From an uncultured Gammaproteobacteria bacterium (GTDB lineage Bacteria; Pseudomonadota; Gammaproteobacteria; JBBQDK01): DNA of 64,000 nucleotides. Under the pieces are notes generated by a model. It did no database searches and was not told where the DNA came from. It worked only from the letters and a program-made list of their open reading frames with translations. Both the position numbers and the translations under genes were made by a program. Location of the stretch: assembly GCA_963778665.1 (NCBI GenBank), contig CAVZVG010000006.1, forward strand, positions 396,358 through 460,357, given 5' to 3'. Shown here in pieces: positions 11,525 through 22,663 of this stretch (the first letter of the stretch is position 1; the number at the start of each line of letters is the position of its first letter).

Positions 11525-12082
11525 TCATAACCCGCGCAGGAACTCAGCATGCACGCGCCGGTCCGTTGACAGTTCCGGATGGAAAGTGGCGGCCATCAAT
11601 TGACCCTGTCGCACCCAGACCGGATCGCCGTCGCAGCTCGCCAACACCTCGACGCCGGGTCCGACACGGGTGATGCGCGGCGCGCGGATGAACACCAGCT
11701 CCAGTGGTTCACCGCCAAGATGGGTATCGACCTGATGAATGGCACTTTGCAACTGTCGGCCATAGGCATTGCGCCGCACGCTGATATCGAGCGCCCCGAG
11801 ACACTGCTGCACGGGATTTTCGACTTCGCTGGCCAGCAGGATGGCGCCGGCACAGGTACCGAAAGCGGGCTTGCTGCGGACAAAGCCGCGCAACTTCTCC
11901 CAGAAGTTGTCACGATCGAGAAAATTCAGGAAGGTACTGGATTCACCGCCCGGGATCACCAGCGCGGCGATTTCGTCCAGTTGTTCGGGCTTGCGCACCA
12001 GCCGCACCCTTGCACCCAAGTCTTGCAAACAGCGGCAGTGCGCATCGTAGTCGCCTTGCAGCGCCAGCACACCGACCGTCAT
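11525..12082 (-). CDS. pdxT: Pyridoxal 5'-phosphate synthase glutaminase subunit PdxT
   Basis: 185 aa. MTVGVLALQGDY...LVIPGGESSTF is the class I amidotransferase PdxT/YaaE signature. The gene is adjacent to pdxS. Confidence 0.92.
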   Translation of the reverse strand: MTVGVLALQGDYDAHCRCLQDLGARVRLVRKPEQLDEIAALVIPGGESSTFLNFLDRDNFWEKLRGFVRSKPAFGTCAGAILLASEVENPVQQCLGALDISVRRNAYGRQLQSAIHQVDTHLGGEPLELVFIRAPRITRVGPGVEVLASCDGDPVWVRQGQLMAATFHPELSTDRRVHAEFLRGL

Positions 12083-12094
12083 CGGTGACTCCGA

Positions 12095-13012
12095 TTACCA
12101 GCCGCGCTTTTGCAGCAGTTCCGTATCGGCAAGGCCGGCCACGGCCAGACCCTTCATGGCACCGACCAGATCCTCGGAGACTTCCAGCAGTACCGCCGGA
12201 TCCTCGAAATGCGTGGAGGCGCGGACGATGGCGCGGGCGCGACGTTCGGCCTCGGCCGGCGCGCAGAAATCCATCGAGTCCTTCATGAAGATACCCGAGC
12301 CGACGAACACCGCCTCGGCGCCCAGCTGGCGCACCAGCGCGGCATCGGCCGGCGTGGCGATGCCGCCGGCGGAGAAATTCGGTACCGGCAGCTTGCCGGT
12401 GCGCGCCACCATGCGGACCAGTTCATACGGCGCCTGCAGTTCCTTGGCACGGGCATAGAGTTCCTGTTCGTCCAGCACGGTGAGCACCCGCATATCGTTG
12501 ACGATGGCGCGCAGATGTTTGACAGCGTGCACGACGTCGCCGGTGCCGGCCTCGCCCTTGGTGCGGATCATGGCCGCACCTTCGGCGATGCGCCGCAACG
12601 CCTCGCCGAGATTGCGCGCGCCGCACACGAACGGTACCCGGAAGGCGTGCTTGTCGACGTGGTGGGCTTCATCGGCGGGTGTCAGCACTTCGGATTCATC
12701 GATGTAATCGACGCCGAGTTCCTGAAGAATCTGCGCTTCGGCGAAATGACCGATGCGGCACTTGGCCATGACCGGAATGGACACCGTTGACATGATTTCG
12801 CGGATCTTCTTCGGCGAGGCCATGCGCGCCACGCCGCCTTCGGCGCGAATCTGCGCGGGCACGCGCTCCAGGGCCATGACGGCGGTGGCGCCGGCGCGCT
12901 CGGCGATCTCGGCCTGGCGGGCATCGGTCACGTCCATGATCACGCCGCCCTTGAGCATCTCGGCAAGACCGGTCTTGAGGCGCAGCGAAGTAGGTTCGTT
13001 GGATTGCGGCAT
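12095..13012 (-). CDS. pdxS: Pyridoxal 5'-phosphate synthase lyase subunit PdxS
   Basis: The start is set at [28 protein letters not shown] (ATG at 13012). The upstream 100 codons of the 405-aa track ORF are Arg/Pro-rich and do not look like protein. The sequence is classic PdxS/SNZ throughout. Confidence 0.93.
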   Translation of the reverse strand: MPQSNEPTSLRLKTGLAEMLKGGVIMDVTDARQAEIAERAGATAVMALERVPAQIRAEGGVARMASPKKIREIMSTVSIPVMAKCRIGHFAEAQILQELGVDYIDESEVLTPADEAHHVDKHAFRVPFVCGARNLGEALRRIAEGAAMIRTKGEAGTGDVVHAVKHLRAIVNDMRVLTVLDEQELYARAKELQAPYELVRMVARTGKLPVPNFSAGGIATPADAALVRQLGAEAVFVGSGIFMKDSMDFCAPAEAERRARAIVRASTHFEDPAVLLEVSEDLVGAMKGLAVAGLADTELLQKRGW

Positions 13013-13239
13013 AGTGGACTCTAGTGTTGACGTCCCCGGAGGGAGGTGGGGATAAACCGGACGGTATTGTAGCATCCAATCGCTCAAGTAGTGGGAATTG
13101 GCTTGGCGGGTGGAGCGGCGGGAACGGCGTACTTGCGGCGCCCCGGAGACGACCGGCGGCCGTTTGGGGCGATCTGCGGACCTGAACCAACTGCGGGGAG
13201 CATGGCTGCCATGCGTCCGCACGGTTCCTTGACGATGGG

Positions 13240-14535
13240 TTACCGGGGCAGCGCTGATTCGCGGGCGATGGCACGGTAACCGATATCGGAACGGTGGAAC
13301 ATGCCTTGCCATTTTATCTGCCGCACCACTTCATAGGCGCGCGTCTGCGCGGCGCGCACACTGGTACCCAGGGCGCACACACACAGGACGCGGCCGCCGG
13401 TGGTGACCACCTGATCGTCCTTGAGTGCGGTACCGGCATGAAAGACCTTGGCATCGGGCGCATCGTGCTGTGGCAGTCCGCTGATGACATCGCCTTTGCG
13501 ATAGCCGGCCGGATAGCCGCCCGCGGCCAGCACCACACCGAGCGCCGGCCGTGGATCCCAATCGGCCTGCACCTGATCGAGGCGCTGATCGAGCGCGGCT
13601 TCACAGAGCAGCGTGAGATCGGAGCGCAGCCGCAGCATGATCGGCTGGGTCTCGGGATCGCCCATGCGGCAGTTGAACTCCAGTACCTTGGGCGTGCCGT
13701 CCGGCGCGATCATCAGGCCGGCATAGAGAAAACCTGTGTACGGATGGCCGTCCGCCGCCATGCCGCGCAGCGTCGGCTCGATCACTTCGCGCATCACCCG
13801 CGCATGCATCGCCGGCGTCACGACCGGCGCGGGCGAGTAGGCGCCCATGCCACCGGTGTTGGGGCCCTGATCGTCGTCGTCGCGGGCCTTGTGGTCCTGT
13901 GAAGTCGCCAGCGCCAGCGCGTGCACGCCGTCGGCCATGACGATGAAGCTGGCCTCCTCACCGACCAGGAATTCCTCCACGACCACGCGCGCACCGGCCT
14001 CGCCGAAGGCATTGTCTTCCAGCATGCCGCGCACCGCATCCTGCGCTTCCTGCACGCTGTGCGCGACCACCACACCCTTGCCGGCCGCCAGACCATCGGC
14101 CTTCACGACAATCGGTGCGCCGACCTTGGCGATGTAAGCGCAGGCCAGTTCGGCATCGGTGAACACGCCGTAGGCGGCGGTGGGGATTTTATAGCGGGCG
14201 AGAAAATCCTTGGCGTAGGCCTTGGAACCTTCGAGCTGCGCCGCGGCCTGCACGGGGCCGAAACAACGCAAGCCGCTTGCCTGGAACGCATCGACCACAC
14301 CCAGAACCAGTGGCGCCTCGGGACCGACGATGGTCAGATCGATAGCCTGCGTGCGCGCAAAATCCAGCAACGCGGCGACATCGTCAGCAGGGATATCGAC
14401 ATTCTCGACCTTGGCCTCGCGCGCCGTGCCGGCATTGCCGGGCGCGACATAAACCTTGGTGACGCGCGCCACCTGCGCCACCCGCCATGCCAATGCATGT
14501 TCGCGACCGCCACCACCGATGATCAAAACTTTCAT
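13240..14535 (-). CDS. purD: Phosphoribosylamine-glycine ligase
   Basis: 431 aa starting [18 protein letters not shown], with an ATP-grasp GARS sequence. Confidence 0.97.
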   Translation of the reverse strand: MKVLIIGGGGREHALAWRVAQVARVTKVYVAPGNAGTAREAKVENVDIPADDVAALLDFARTQAIDLTIVGPEAPLVLGVVDAFQASGLRCFGPVQAAAQLEGSKAYAKDFLARYKIPTAAYGVFTDAELACAYIAKVGAPIVVKADGLAAGKGVVVAHSVQEAQDAVRGMLEDNAFGEAGARVVVEEFLVGEEASFIVMADGVHALALATSQDHKARDDDDQGPNTGGMGAYSPAPVVTPAMHARVMREVIEPTLRGMAADGHPYTGFLYAGLMIAPDGTPKVLEFNCRMGDPETQPIMLRLRSDLTLLCEAALDQRLDQVQADWDPRPALGVVLAAGGYPAGYRKGDVISGLPQHDAPDAKVFHAGTALKDDQVVTTGGRVLCVCALGTSVRAAQTRAYEVVRQIKWQGMFHRSDIGYRAIARESALPR

Positions 14536-14552
14536 AATGTAACAAAACCATT

Positions 14553-14725
14553 AATTGAACCGCCAAGGAAGCCAAGAACGCCAAGGAAATTCGGCTCTGA
14601 ATTGAATTGATGCGATGACCTACGATATCTAAGCCACCGCACCGAGATACCTGGCAAGTCCAGGCATCGTTTGATTCAAAATACGCGATTTCTTCGCGTC
14701 CTTGGCTTCCTTGGCGGTTCAAATC
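14553..14725. repeat. Inverted pair of family-B REP-like repeats filling the purH-purD intergenic region
   Basis: 14553-14590 reads aattgaaccgccaaggaagccaagaacgccaaggaaat, which is the reverse orientation. 14689-14725 reads tttcttcgcgtccttggcttccttggcggttcaaatc. About 100 nt separate them, so a long hairpin is possible in the transcript. Confidence 0.75.
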
Positions 14726-14730
14726 AATAA

Positions 14731-16305
14731 TCAATGCCGAAAATGCCGCATTCCCGTGAATACCATCGCCATGCCGTGTTCGTCGGCGGCGGCGATGACT
14801 TCATCATCGCGCATCGAGCCACCCGGTTCGATCACGGCGCTGATACCGGCCGCGGCGGCGGCGTCGATGCCGTCGCGGAACGGGAAGAAGGCGTCGCTGG
14901 CCATGACCGAGCCGTGCACTTCCAGATCCTCGTCGGCGGCTTTGATGCCGGCGATGCGCGCGCTGTAGACACGGCTCATCTGACCGGCACCGATGCCGAT
15001 GGTCATGTTGTCGCGGCAGTAGACGATGGCGTTGGATTTGACGAACTTCGCCACACGCCAGGCGAACAGCAGGTCACGCAACTCGGCCTCGCTGGGCACG
15101 CGGCGCGTCACCACTTTCAGATCACTGCGCTGCATGTTGCCCAGATCGCGCTCCTGCACCAGCAGGCCGCCGTTTACGCGCTTGAAATCCAGACCGGGTT
15201 CGCGCTGCGCGCCCCAGGCACCACAGCTTAGAACGCGTACATTTTTTTTCGTCGCCAGGATGGGCTTGGCGTCCTCGGCGACACCCGGCGCGATGATCAC
15301 TTCGACGAACTGACGCTCGATGATAGCCTGTGCGGTCACGGCATCGAGCGGCTGATTGAAAGCGATGATGCCGCCGAAGGCCGAGGTCGGGTCGGTACGA
15401 TAGGCACGGTCGTAGGCTTCGAGCTGGTGCGCACCGAGCGCCACACCGCAGGGATTGGCGTGCTTGACGATGACGCAGGCCGGGCCCTCGGTAAACGCCT
15501 TGACGCATTCCAGCGCGGCGTCGGTGTCGGCGACATTGTTGTAGGACAGTTCCTTGCCCTGCAACTGAGAGGCACTCGCCACGCAGGGTTCATTGATGTG
15601 ATGTTCGATATAGAAGGCGGCCTGCTGGTGCGGATTTTCGCCGTAGCGCATGTCCTGCGCGCGCTGGAATTGCAGGCTGAGCGTGCGCGGGAAGCGGGTC
15701 CGCGCACCGTTGGGTTGAATCGATCCCAGATAATTGGCGATGGCGCCATCGTAGCGCGCAGTGTGCTCGAAGGCCTTTACGGCCAGCCAGTAACGCGTGG
15801 CATCGCTGATTTCGCCGTGCCGCGTGGTCATCTCATCGAGCAGATCCGCGTAGTCCGAGCTGTCCACCAGCACCGTGACACTGGCGTGATTCTTCGCCGC
15901 TGCGCGCAGCATGGCCGGACCACCGATGTCGATGTTCTCGATGGCAGTGGGCAGGTCGCAATCGGGACGCGCCACGGTCTGCTCGAAGGGATAAAGATTG
16001 ACCACCAGCAGGTCGATGGGCGCGATCCCATGTTTGGCCATCGCCGCGTCGTCGGTGCCGCGTCGCCCCAGCAGACCGCCGTGCACTTTTGGGTGCAGCG
16101 TCTTGAGCCGGCCGTCCATCATCTCGGGAAAACCGGTGTAGTCCGACACCTCGATGACGGGTATGCCGTTGTCGGCAAGCAGTTTGGCCGTGCCGCCGGT
16201 GGAGAGGATCTCCACGCCGGTCGTTTGCAGGCGGCGCGCGAAATCCACGATACCGTTTTTGTCCGAGACGCTGATCAGCGCACGTTTGATGATTGTCATG
16301 CTCAA
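14731..16305 (-). CDS. purH: Bifunctional AICAR transformylase / IMP cyclohydrolase
   Basis: 524 aa with the N-terminal MGS-like domain ([17 protein letters not shown]) and the AICARFT domain. Confidence 0.97.
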   Translation of the reverse strand: MSMTIIKRALISVSDKNGIVDFARRLQTTGVEILSTGGTAKLLADNGIPVIEVSDYTGFPEMMDGRLKTLHPKVHGGLLGRRGTDDAAMAKHGIAPIDLLVVNLYPFEQTVARPDCDLPTAIENIDIGGPAMLRAAAKNHASVTVLVDSSDYADLLDEMTTRHGEISDATRYWLAVKAFEHTARYDGAIANYLGSIQPNGARTRFPRTLSLQFQRAQDMRYGENPHQQAAFYIEHHINEPCVASASQLQGKELSYNNVADTDAALECVKAFTEGPACVIVKHANPCGVALGAHQLEAYDRAYRTDPTSAFGGIIAFNQPLDAVTAQAIIERQFVEVIIAPGVAEDAKPILATKKNVRVLSCGAWGAQREPGLDFKRVNGGLLVQERDLGNMQRSDLKVVTRRVPSEAELRDLLFAWRVAKFVKSNAIVYCRDNMTIGIGAGQMSRVYSARIAGIKAADEDLEVHGSVMASDAFFPFRDGIDAAAAAGISAVIEPGGSMRDDEVIAAADEHGMAMVFTGMRHFRH

Positions 16306-16323
16306 GCCTTAGGTGAAACAACT

Positions 16324-16350
16324 ATGAAACCGCCAGGGACGCCAGTGACG
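16324..16350. repeat. Degenerate family-B REP-like copy
   Basis: tgaaaccgccagggacgccagtgacg resembles the reverse-orientation family-B units. It lies between fis and purH. Confidence 0.4.
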
Positions 16351-16477
16351 TCAAGTTATAATTCGAGATAAGGCGGCACCGGGGTGGCTGCGACACATCA
16401 CCGCTATTGCGATCGCCCAAATCAGTGGTGCTTTGGCACGGTCGACGTCCTTGACGGCGCAGAACGGATGCTATCGC

Positions 16478-16774
16478 TCAGTCCAGCCGATGCTCACGAA
16501 GTTTCTTGCGCAAAGTGCTGCGACTCATGCCGAGGATCTCCGCCGCCGCGGTCTGATTGCCGCGGGTGTGGCGCAGCACGGTCTCGAGCAGAGGCTTTTC
16601 CACTTCGCCGATCACCATTTCGTAGAGGTCGCCGGGTTTGTGTCCGTCCATGTCCATGAAATAAAGCTCCAGGACGGTCTGCACGCAACTGCTCAAGGGC
16701 TGGTTGCGACGCTCCTTGACAGGATACTTCATGCTGCTGACCGTGGATCTGTGATCTGTCGCCGTGGCTGTCAT
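16478..16774 (-). CDS. fis: DNA-binding protein Fis
   Basis: The C-terminal HTH ...GNQTAAAEILGMSRSTLRKKLREH is typical Fis. The start is placed at MTATATD (ATG 16774), which overlaps the dusB stop as ATGA. The rest of the 195-aa track ORF is inside dusB. MKYPVKE is an alternative start. Confidence 0.9.
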   Translation of the reverse strand: MTATATDHRSTVSSMKYPVKERRNQPLSSCVQTVLELYFMDMDGHKPGDLYEMVIGEVEKPLLETVLRHTRGNQTAAAEILGMSRSTLRKKLREHRLD

Positions 16775-17781
16775 GCGGCCATCTCCTCTCCTGTTGCCAG
16801 ACGGTCGAAGAATTCGCGCGTCATGGCTAGTTGTTGTTCTACTGTTTCCGCCCGATTGACCTGATCGCGAAATATCGCGCCCCCTACCTGTCCTTTGCTG
16901 TACCAGGAAATGTGTTTGCGTGCCATCCGCACGCCGGTGTGCTCGCCGTAAAATTCGTAGAGATTGTCCAGATGACCGAGCAAGGTGTCGCGGATCTCCT
17001 CGACGGGCGGCTCCGGCAGCAGCGTTCCGCTGGCGAGGTAATGTGCGATCTCGCGGAAGATCCATGGCCAGCCCTGCGCCGCACGACCGATCATGATGCC
17101 GTCGACGCCGGTGTACTCGAGTACATGGCGCGCCTTTTCGGGCGTGGTGATATCGCCGTTGGCGATCACCGGTATCGACACGGCGTCCTTGATGGCGCGG
17201 ATGGTATCGTACTCGGCATCGCCGCTGTAGGCACAGGCGCGGGTCCGACCATGCACGGCGAGCGCCGCCACCCCGGCCTGCTCGGCGATCCGGGCAATGG
17301 CGATACCATTGCGGTGATCTTTATCCCAGCCGGTGCGGATCTTCAGGGTCACGGGGATGTCCACCGCACCGATGACGGCCTCCAGAATCTGTGCGACCAG
17401 CAGTTCGTTCTGCAGCAATGCGGAGCCGGCCATCACATTGCAGACCTTCTTGGCCGGACAGCCCATGTTGATGTCGATGATCTGCGCACCCTGATCGGCG
17501 TTGTAGCGTGCCGCGTGCGCCATCATGGCCGGATCGGCGCCGGCGATCTGCACCGATTTGGGTTCCGTTTCGCCAACGTGATTGGCGCGCCGCTGCGTCT
17601 TGGCGCTGCCCCACAACAATGAATTCGACGACACCATCTCGGACACGGCCATGCCGGCGCCGAGCTGTTTGCAGAGCTGGCGGAACGGCCGATCGGTGAC
17701 GCCCGCCATGGGCGCCAGCAGCAGATTGTTTTTCAGCGTGTACGGTCCGATTTGCATGTTATTCGGTGGCGCAATTTGCAT
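16771..17781 (-). CDS. dusB: tRNA-dihydrouridine synthase B
   Basis: 336 aa. LAPMAGVTDRPFR...INMGCPAKKV is the Dus family signature. dusB-fis is a conserved operon. Confidence 0.95.
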   Translation of the reverse strand: MQIAPPNNMQIGPYTLKNNLLLAPMAGVTDRPFRQLCKQLGAGMAVSEMVSSNSLLWGSAKTQRRANHVGETEPKSVQIAGADPAMMAHAARYNADQGAQIIDINMGCPAKKVCNVMAGSALLQNELLVAQILEAVIGAVDIPVTLKIRTGWDKDHRNGIAIARIAEQAGVAALAVHGRTRACAYSGDAEYDTIRAIKDAVSIPVIANGDITTPEKARHVLEYTGVDGIMIGRAAQGWPWIFREIAHYLASGTLLPEPPVEEIRDTLLGHLDNLYEFYGEHTGVRMARKHISWYSKGQVGGAIFRDQVNRAETVEQQLAMTREFFDRLATGEEMAA

Positions 17782-18039
17782 GGACGGAAAGGCTGTGAAT
17801 CATACCCGCATTCGCCGCCGCCGTGTAGTACCGTTGATAGCGGCAGTCTGCGATAGCACGGATTTGCGCAACTGCAACGCGGCATGACAATTGCTATTTC
17901 TGTGTCGGCATGGAGGCTCTGCGTAGCGACAGGAATCGACCACCCTATTCGAGGTAGCTGATTTTATGACTTACGCCACTGTGTCACACCCTCCAAGAGC
18001 ACTCAGTGATCAGTGGCGACTTGACCTGTAAAGAATGCG

Positions 18040-19044
18040 TTAGAGAAAGTCGAACTGAAAAGACGTGGCGCTGTGTTTCGGCTCTACCACCTCCAGGACC
18101 ACGCGCACCCGCGCACCCGGCGCCATGCCGGCAGCGATCCGCGCATCCTGCGCCAGATACTCCTCGGGCTGGAAGCGGCGCATGGCCACGACGGTACCAC
18201 TCTCGTTGGAAAGGGATATCTGCAACACCGGGTAAACCTGGGTAAAGCTGGCGCGGTTGACGAAGGTCGCGTTGATCAGGAGCGCGTTGCGGATGCGCGG
18301 ATGGGAAATCACATCGCGGCTCAGCAATTCAATCTGCTCAGGCGCGTGACGGAGCGGCAACTCGCAGCCGAGATAGCCGCAGGCGCGCTGCAGCCATGGC
18401 CGTAACGGCTGGTATCGCGCCAGGTCGGCGCGGTCGAAAAAAAGATATTGTCCACCCAGCGCCAGAATCAAGAGTATTGCCAGCAGCGACCAGACGAAGC
18501 TGCGGGGTGCATCTGTCGGCGGCGGTGCCTGCTCTCCCAGTTGGTCGCGCAGCACTTCCACGATGTCGATGTCCGCCAGCGCCTCTGCCAGGTTGCCGTC
18601 ATCGGGAGTCTCATCCGTCACCGCCGTCTCGGCCGTAGATTCTCCGGAATCCGATGTGATCGCCTCCGTGGCAGGTGCATTCTCGCCCTCATCGGTCACG
18701 ACCTGTCCGTCCGTGTCCGCATCCTCTGTCAGGGCGGCGTCTGCGGCATCCGACACCTCTGCCTGAGCCGGCGCCGTGGGTTCTTCGTCGCGACTGGCGA
18801 TGATATAAGGGGCGTCATCCGGCTCGTCGGACTCCCAGGTCCGGGCGCTGGTGTGAGGCTCTCGTGGCGCGGCGGCGTCATTCTCGCCATCCTCTTCATA
18901 GGGATGGGCGATCGCGTCGAATACACCTTGGCAGCAGCCGCAACGCACCCGGCCCTCTGCGACGCTCAACTGCTCGTCGCTCACCTGGAACACCGTGTCG
19001 CAGTGCGGACATTGCGTCAACGTGGCCTTGCTCGAACCGCTCAT
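18040..19044 (-). CDS. Zinc-ribbon (MJ0042-type) / DUF3426 membrane protein
   Basis: N-terminal CPHCDTVFQV...RCGCCQGVFDA zinc ribbon, an acidic linker, one TM segment (WSLLAILLILALGG) and a C-terminal DUF3426-like beta region. It occupies the same prmA-to-dusB position as in Pseudomonas. Confidence 0.8.
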   Translation of the reverse strand: MSGSSKATLTQCPHCDTVFQVSDEQLSVAEGRVRCGCCQGVFDAIAHPYEEDGENDAAAPREPHTSARTWESDEPDDAPYIIASRDEEPTAPAQAEVSDAADAALTEDADTDGQVVTDEGENAPATEAITSDSGESTAETAVTDETPDDGNLAEALADIDIVEVLRDQLGEQAPPPTDAPRSFVWSLLAILLILALGGQYLFFDRADLARYQPLRPWLQRACGYLGCELPLRHAPEQIELLSRDVISHPRIRNALLINATFVNRASFTQVYPVLQISLSNESGTVVAMRRFQPEEYLAQDARIAAGMAPGARVRVVLEVVEPKHSATSFQFDFL

Positions 19045-19086
19045 CGTGTCCCTCGACAGTTCAGGAAATATGCCATTGTAACGCGA

Positions 19087-19971
19087 TCAAGACACCTTTC
19101 TCAGTCCGGCCAGCCGCGCCCAACCGGCACGGACCGTTTTAGGTTCGAGATCGAACCAAGGCGCGTAGGCCTGTGCCACTTCGTCGGCTTGTGCATCCAG
19201 CAGGCCGGCCAACACCACCGCCCCGCCGGGTCGCAACAGTCCGGCGAAGCGCGCGGCGAGTTCCTCGAGAGGACCGGCCAGAATATTGGCCAGAATCAGG
19301 TCGTAGTGTCGCAACGGCAATTGTTCCGGCGCACACACGTGTATGGCCGCGGCGACCGCGTTGGCCTGCGCATTCTGTGTCGTTGCCAACAGCGCCTGTG
19401 GATCGATGTCGACCGCCTGCACTTCGCGCGCGCCCAGCAAGGCTGCCGCGATGGCCAGAATCCCGGACCCGCAACCATAGTCGACAACGTCTGCCGCGTG
19501 CGGCGCGTGTGCGTCCAGCCATTCCAGACACAATGCGGTAGTGGGATGCGTGCCGGTACCGAAAGCGAGTCCGGGATCGAGCAGGATATTGACGGCCTGC
19601 GGTTCGGGCGGCGCCTGATTGCTGGGACAGACCCACAGGCGCGCGCCGAAGCGCATCGGGTGGAAATCGTCCATCCAGGCCCGCACCCAGTCACGGTCTT
19701 CGATGATTTCGATCCGACAACCCGGCAGATCGTCGCGCGCCAAGGCGGCACGCAATGCCGCCTGCACCTCGGCCAGGTCCGCCTCGGCGTCGAACAGGCC
19801 GACCACCCGCGTCTGCGACCATAGCGGCGTGGCGCCCGGCGGGGGCTCGTACACCGGCTGGTCGGCCGCATCCTGCAGGGTCACCGAGACAGCACCGGCC
19901 GCGCTCAGTTGATCACCGAGCCAATCAGGATCGTAGTCCGCGGCGTCGAGAGAGAGTTGCAGCCAAGGCAT
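19087..19971 (-). CDS. prmA: Ribosomal protein L11 methyltransferase
   Basis: 294 aa starting MPWLQLSL, with the SAM motif VVDYGCGSGILAI. It lies downstream of accBC. Confidence 0.94.
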   Translation of the reverse strand: MPWLQLSLDAADYDPDWLGDQLSAAGAVSVTLQDAADQPVYEPPPGATPLWSQTRVVGLFDAEADLAEVQAALRAALARDDLPGCRIEIIEDRDWVRAWMDDFHPMRFGARLWVCPSNQAPPEPQAVNILLDPGLAFGTGTHPTTALCLEWLDAHAPHAADVVDYGCGSGILAIAAALLGAREVQAVDIDPQALLATTQNAQANAVAAAIHVCAPEQLPLRHYDLILANILAGPLEELAARFAGLLRPGGAVVLAGLLDAQADEVAQAYAPWFDLEPKTVRAGWARLAGLRKVS

Positions 19972-20067
19972 TAGTTTAAGGGAGGATGAAAGCTGAACGC
20001 TGAACGCGGCAGGTCATCCCGAAGTGCGCATTGGTCCGACCTTCGCACCCCGGTTTCTGCATTGCCG

Positions 20068-21408
20068 TTACAGCCCCAGCTTCTTCTCCAGATAATGAAT
20101 ATCCGTGCCGCCGGTCTGGAAGGCGGCGTCTTTGAGAATTTCCTGCTGCAAAGGGACATTGCACTTGATGCCCTCGATGACGATCTCGTTCAGGGCGGTG
20201 CGCATGCGGGCCAGCGCCGACTCCCGTGTCTCGCCGTGGGCGATCAGCTTGCCGATCATGGAATCGTAATATGGCGGCACGCGATAACCGTTGTAGATGT
20301 GTGAATCGACGCGGATACCCGGACCGCCGGGGGCGTGGTACTGGGTGATGGTGCCCGGGGAAGGCATGAAGGTTTTGGGATCTTCGGCGTTGATGCGGCA
20401 TTCCACGGCATGGCCGCGCCACTGGATGTCTTTCTGGGTATAGGAGAGCTCCTCACCCGCGGCAATCAGCAGTTGTTCCCTGACGATGTCCACGCCGGTA
20501 ACCAGCTCGGTGACGGGATGCTCCACCTGGACGCGGGTGTTCATTTCGATGAAATAGAACTTGCCGTCCTGGTACAGGAACTCGAAAGTGCCGGCACCGC
20601 GATAGCTGATCTTGCGGCAGGCCTCGGCACAGCGCTCGCCCATGGTCTTGCGCTGCTTCTCGGTGAGGCCCGGGGCGGGCGATTCTTCGACGACCTTCTG
20701 GTGGCGACGTTGCATGGAGCAATCGCGCTCGCCCAGATGAATGGCGTTGCCGTGCGTATCGGCCAGCACCTGGAATTCGATATGGCGCGGATGATCCAGG
20801 TACTTTTCCATATAGACCTCCGGATTGCCGAAAGCCGACTGTGCTTCGGCACGGGTCAGGTCGATGGAACTGAGCAGATGCGCCTCGCTGTGCACCACGC
20901 GCATACCGCGTCCGCCGCCACCGCCGGAGGCCTTGATGATCACCGGGTAGCCTATCTCGGCACCGATCTTCAGGATCTCGTCGGGGTCTTCGCCGAGCGC
21001 GCCATCGGAACCCGGCACGGTCGGTACGCCGGCAGCCTTCATGGCGCGGATCGCGGAGACCTTGTCGCCCATCAGGCGGATGGTTTCCGGGCGCGGCCCG
21101 ATGAAGATGAAGCCGCTCTGTTCGACGCGCTCGGCAAAATCGGCGTTCTCGGACAGGAAACCGTAGCCCGGATGAATCGCCACGGCATCGGTAACCTCCG
21201 CGGCGCTGATCAGTGCCGGAATGTTCAGATAACTTTCCGAGGAAGGCGGCGGGCCGATGCAGACCGATTCATCGGCGAGGCGCACATGCTTGAGTTCGCG
21301 ATCGGCCGTCGAGTGCACGGCGACGGTCTTGATACCCATCTCGCGGCAGGCCCGCAGAATCCGCAGGGCGATTTCACCGCGGTTGGCGATGACGATTTTA
21401 TCCAGCAT
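20068..21408 (-). CDS. accC: Acetyl-CoA carboxylase biotin carboxylase subunit
   Basis: 446 aa starting [21 protein letters not shown], with an ATP-grasp fold. Confidence 0.98.
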   Translation of the reverse strand: MLDKIVIANRGEIALRILRACREMGIKTVAVHSTADRELKHVRLADESVCIGPPPSSESYLNIPALISAAEVTDAVAIHPGYGFLSENADFAERVEQSGFIFIGPRPETIRLMGDKVSAIRAMKAAGVPTVPGSDGALGEDPDEILKIGAEIGYPVIIKASGGGGGRGMRVVHSEAHLLSSIDLTRAEAQSAFGNPEVYMEKYLDHPRHIEFQVLADTHGNAIHLGERDCSMQRRHQKVVEESPAPGLTEKQRKTMGERCAEACRKISYRGAGTFEFLYQDGKFYFIEMNTRVQVEHPVTELVTGVDIVREQLLIAAGEELSYTQKDIQWRGHAVECRINAEDPKTFMPSPGTITQYHAPGGPGIRVDSHIYNGYRVPPYYDSMIGKLIAHGETRESALARMRTALNEIVIEGIKCNVPLQQEILKDAAFQTGGTDIHYLEKKLGL

Positions 21409-21445
21409 CTTGTGATGATCTCAGCGCCCGGTTCGGGACTTGGGA

Positions 21446-21889
21446 TTATTTGATGACAAACAAAGGCTGGCCGAATTCCACCGGCTGACCGTTTTCGACC
21501 AGGATGGCCGCAATCTCGCCGGTCGCGTCGGCCTCGATCTGATTGAGCATCTTCATGGCCTCGATGATACACAAGGTCTCGCCGACGCTGACCCGCTGGC
21601 CGACCTCGACGAAAGGCTTGGCGCCGGGGTTGGACGAGCGATAGAAGGTACCGACCATCGGCGACTTCACCATATGACCGACCGGCGCTGCCTCGGCCGC
21701 AGGCGCAGACGGGACTGCAGTCACCGCGACCGGTGCAGGGGTCTGCATGGCGGCCGGTGCCTGCATCATTACCGGCGATGCACCGTGCCGGCTGATGCGT
21801 ACCGACTCTTCGCCCTCGCGGATCTCGATCTCCGCGATGCCGGACTCTTCCAGCAGTTCGATCAACTTTTTGACTTTGCGAATATCCAT
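21446..21889 (-). CDS. accB: Acetyl-CoA carboxylase biotin carboxyl carrier protein
   Basis: 147 aa with the biotinylation motif EAMKMLN and a Pro/Ala linker. Confidence 0.96.
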   Translation of the reverse strand: MDIRKVKKLIELLEESGIAEIEIREGEESVRISRHGASPVMMQAPAAMQTPAPVAVTAVPSAPAAEAAPVGHMVKSPMVGTFYRSSNPGAKPFVEVGQRVSVGETLCIIEAMKMLNQIEADATGEIAAILVENGQPVEFGQPLFVIK

Positions 21890-21912
21890 ACAGGAACCTT
21901 GGCTGACGCTCG

Positions 21913-22353
21913 TTAAGTGGACAGGTGTCGTAATGCCGCCGCCAGTGCCAACGCATAACCCTGCGCGCCCAAGCCGCTGATCACACCCACCGCGATGTCG
22001 GAAAAATAGGAATGACTGCGAAACGCCTCACGGGAATGGACGTTGGACAGGTGTACCTCGATGAACGGAATTTTCACGCCCAGCAGAGCATCACGCAAGG
22101 CCACGCTGGTATGAGTGAACGCAGCCGGATTGATGATGATGAAGGCGGTGCCATCGCGACCGGCGGCATGAATCCGCTCCACCAGGGCGTGCTCGGCATT
22201 GCTTTGAAAAGCATCCAATTCATGCCCGGCCACCTGGGCCTGGGCCTGCAACTGGCGTTGAATTTCATCCAGGCCGGTCTGACCGTAGTGCTCGGGCTCA
22301 CGGCTTCCCAGCAGGTTGAGATTGGGTCCGTTCAGAACCAGGAGTTTAGCCAT
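21913..22353 (-). CDS. aroQ: Type II 3-dehydroquinate dehydratase
   Basis: 146 aa. [20 protein letters not shown]...[17 protein letters not shown] is the classic AroQ sequence. Confidence 0.96.
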   Translation of the reverse strand: MAKLLVLNGPNLNLLGSREPEHYGQTGLDEIQRQLQAQAQVAGHELDAFQSNAEHALVERIHAAGRDGTAFIIINPAAFTHTSVALRDALLGVKIPFIEVHLSNVHSREAFRSHSYFSDIAVGVISGLGAQGYALALAAALRHLST

Positions 22354-22663
22354 AAGGATGACGGATCGTGCGTTCGTGGCTGGTAGTGAGGCCGATGACC
22401 GGGTTCGCAGGACCGATTACACAACAACGGCCTCGAACGTGGCGCCATTATGCATGAATCGGCGGGTTTGTCTACAAACCGGCGGGGCCGATTCAACCTC
22501 GCCCGGAACGGTAATCCGTGCGGTCAATTCACAAATTGTAACAAACACGCCGCGATTTTCGTTCTATGATTATCTTGCGACTCAACCACGGTTCGGCATC
22601 GGATCAAACTCGCGGGTTCCGGCGGGTTGAACTAAGATTGCCTTAACGAGTCACAGATTTTTA

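Noticed and set aside
12095-13312. N-terminal extensions of the track ORFs for pdxS (405 aa), fis (195 aa, 16478-17065), rhlB (379 aa from 6862), the Crp regulator (from 50451), YkgJ (from 36379) and the SIR2 gene (from 58678).
   Set aside because: The upstream segments are compositionally non-protein-like or overlap neighbouring genes. Canonical N-termini with an RBS or stop-start coupling occur at the internal starts reported in the features.
14700-14725. A tRNA-like T-arm motif (ggcggttcaaatc; also ggcggttcaattc at 11508-11520).
   Set aside because: No acceptor stem, anticodon arm or D-arm can be drawn around it. The motif is the conserved end of the family-B REP repeat. I found no tRNA elsewhere in the window.
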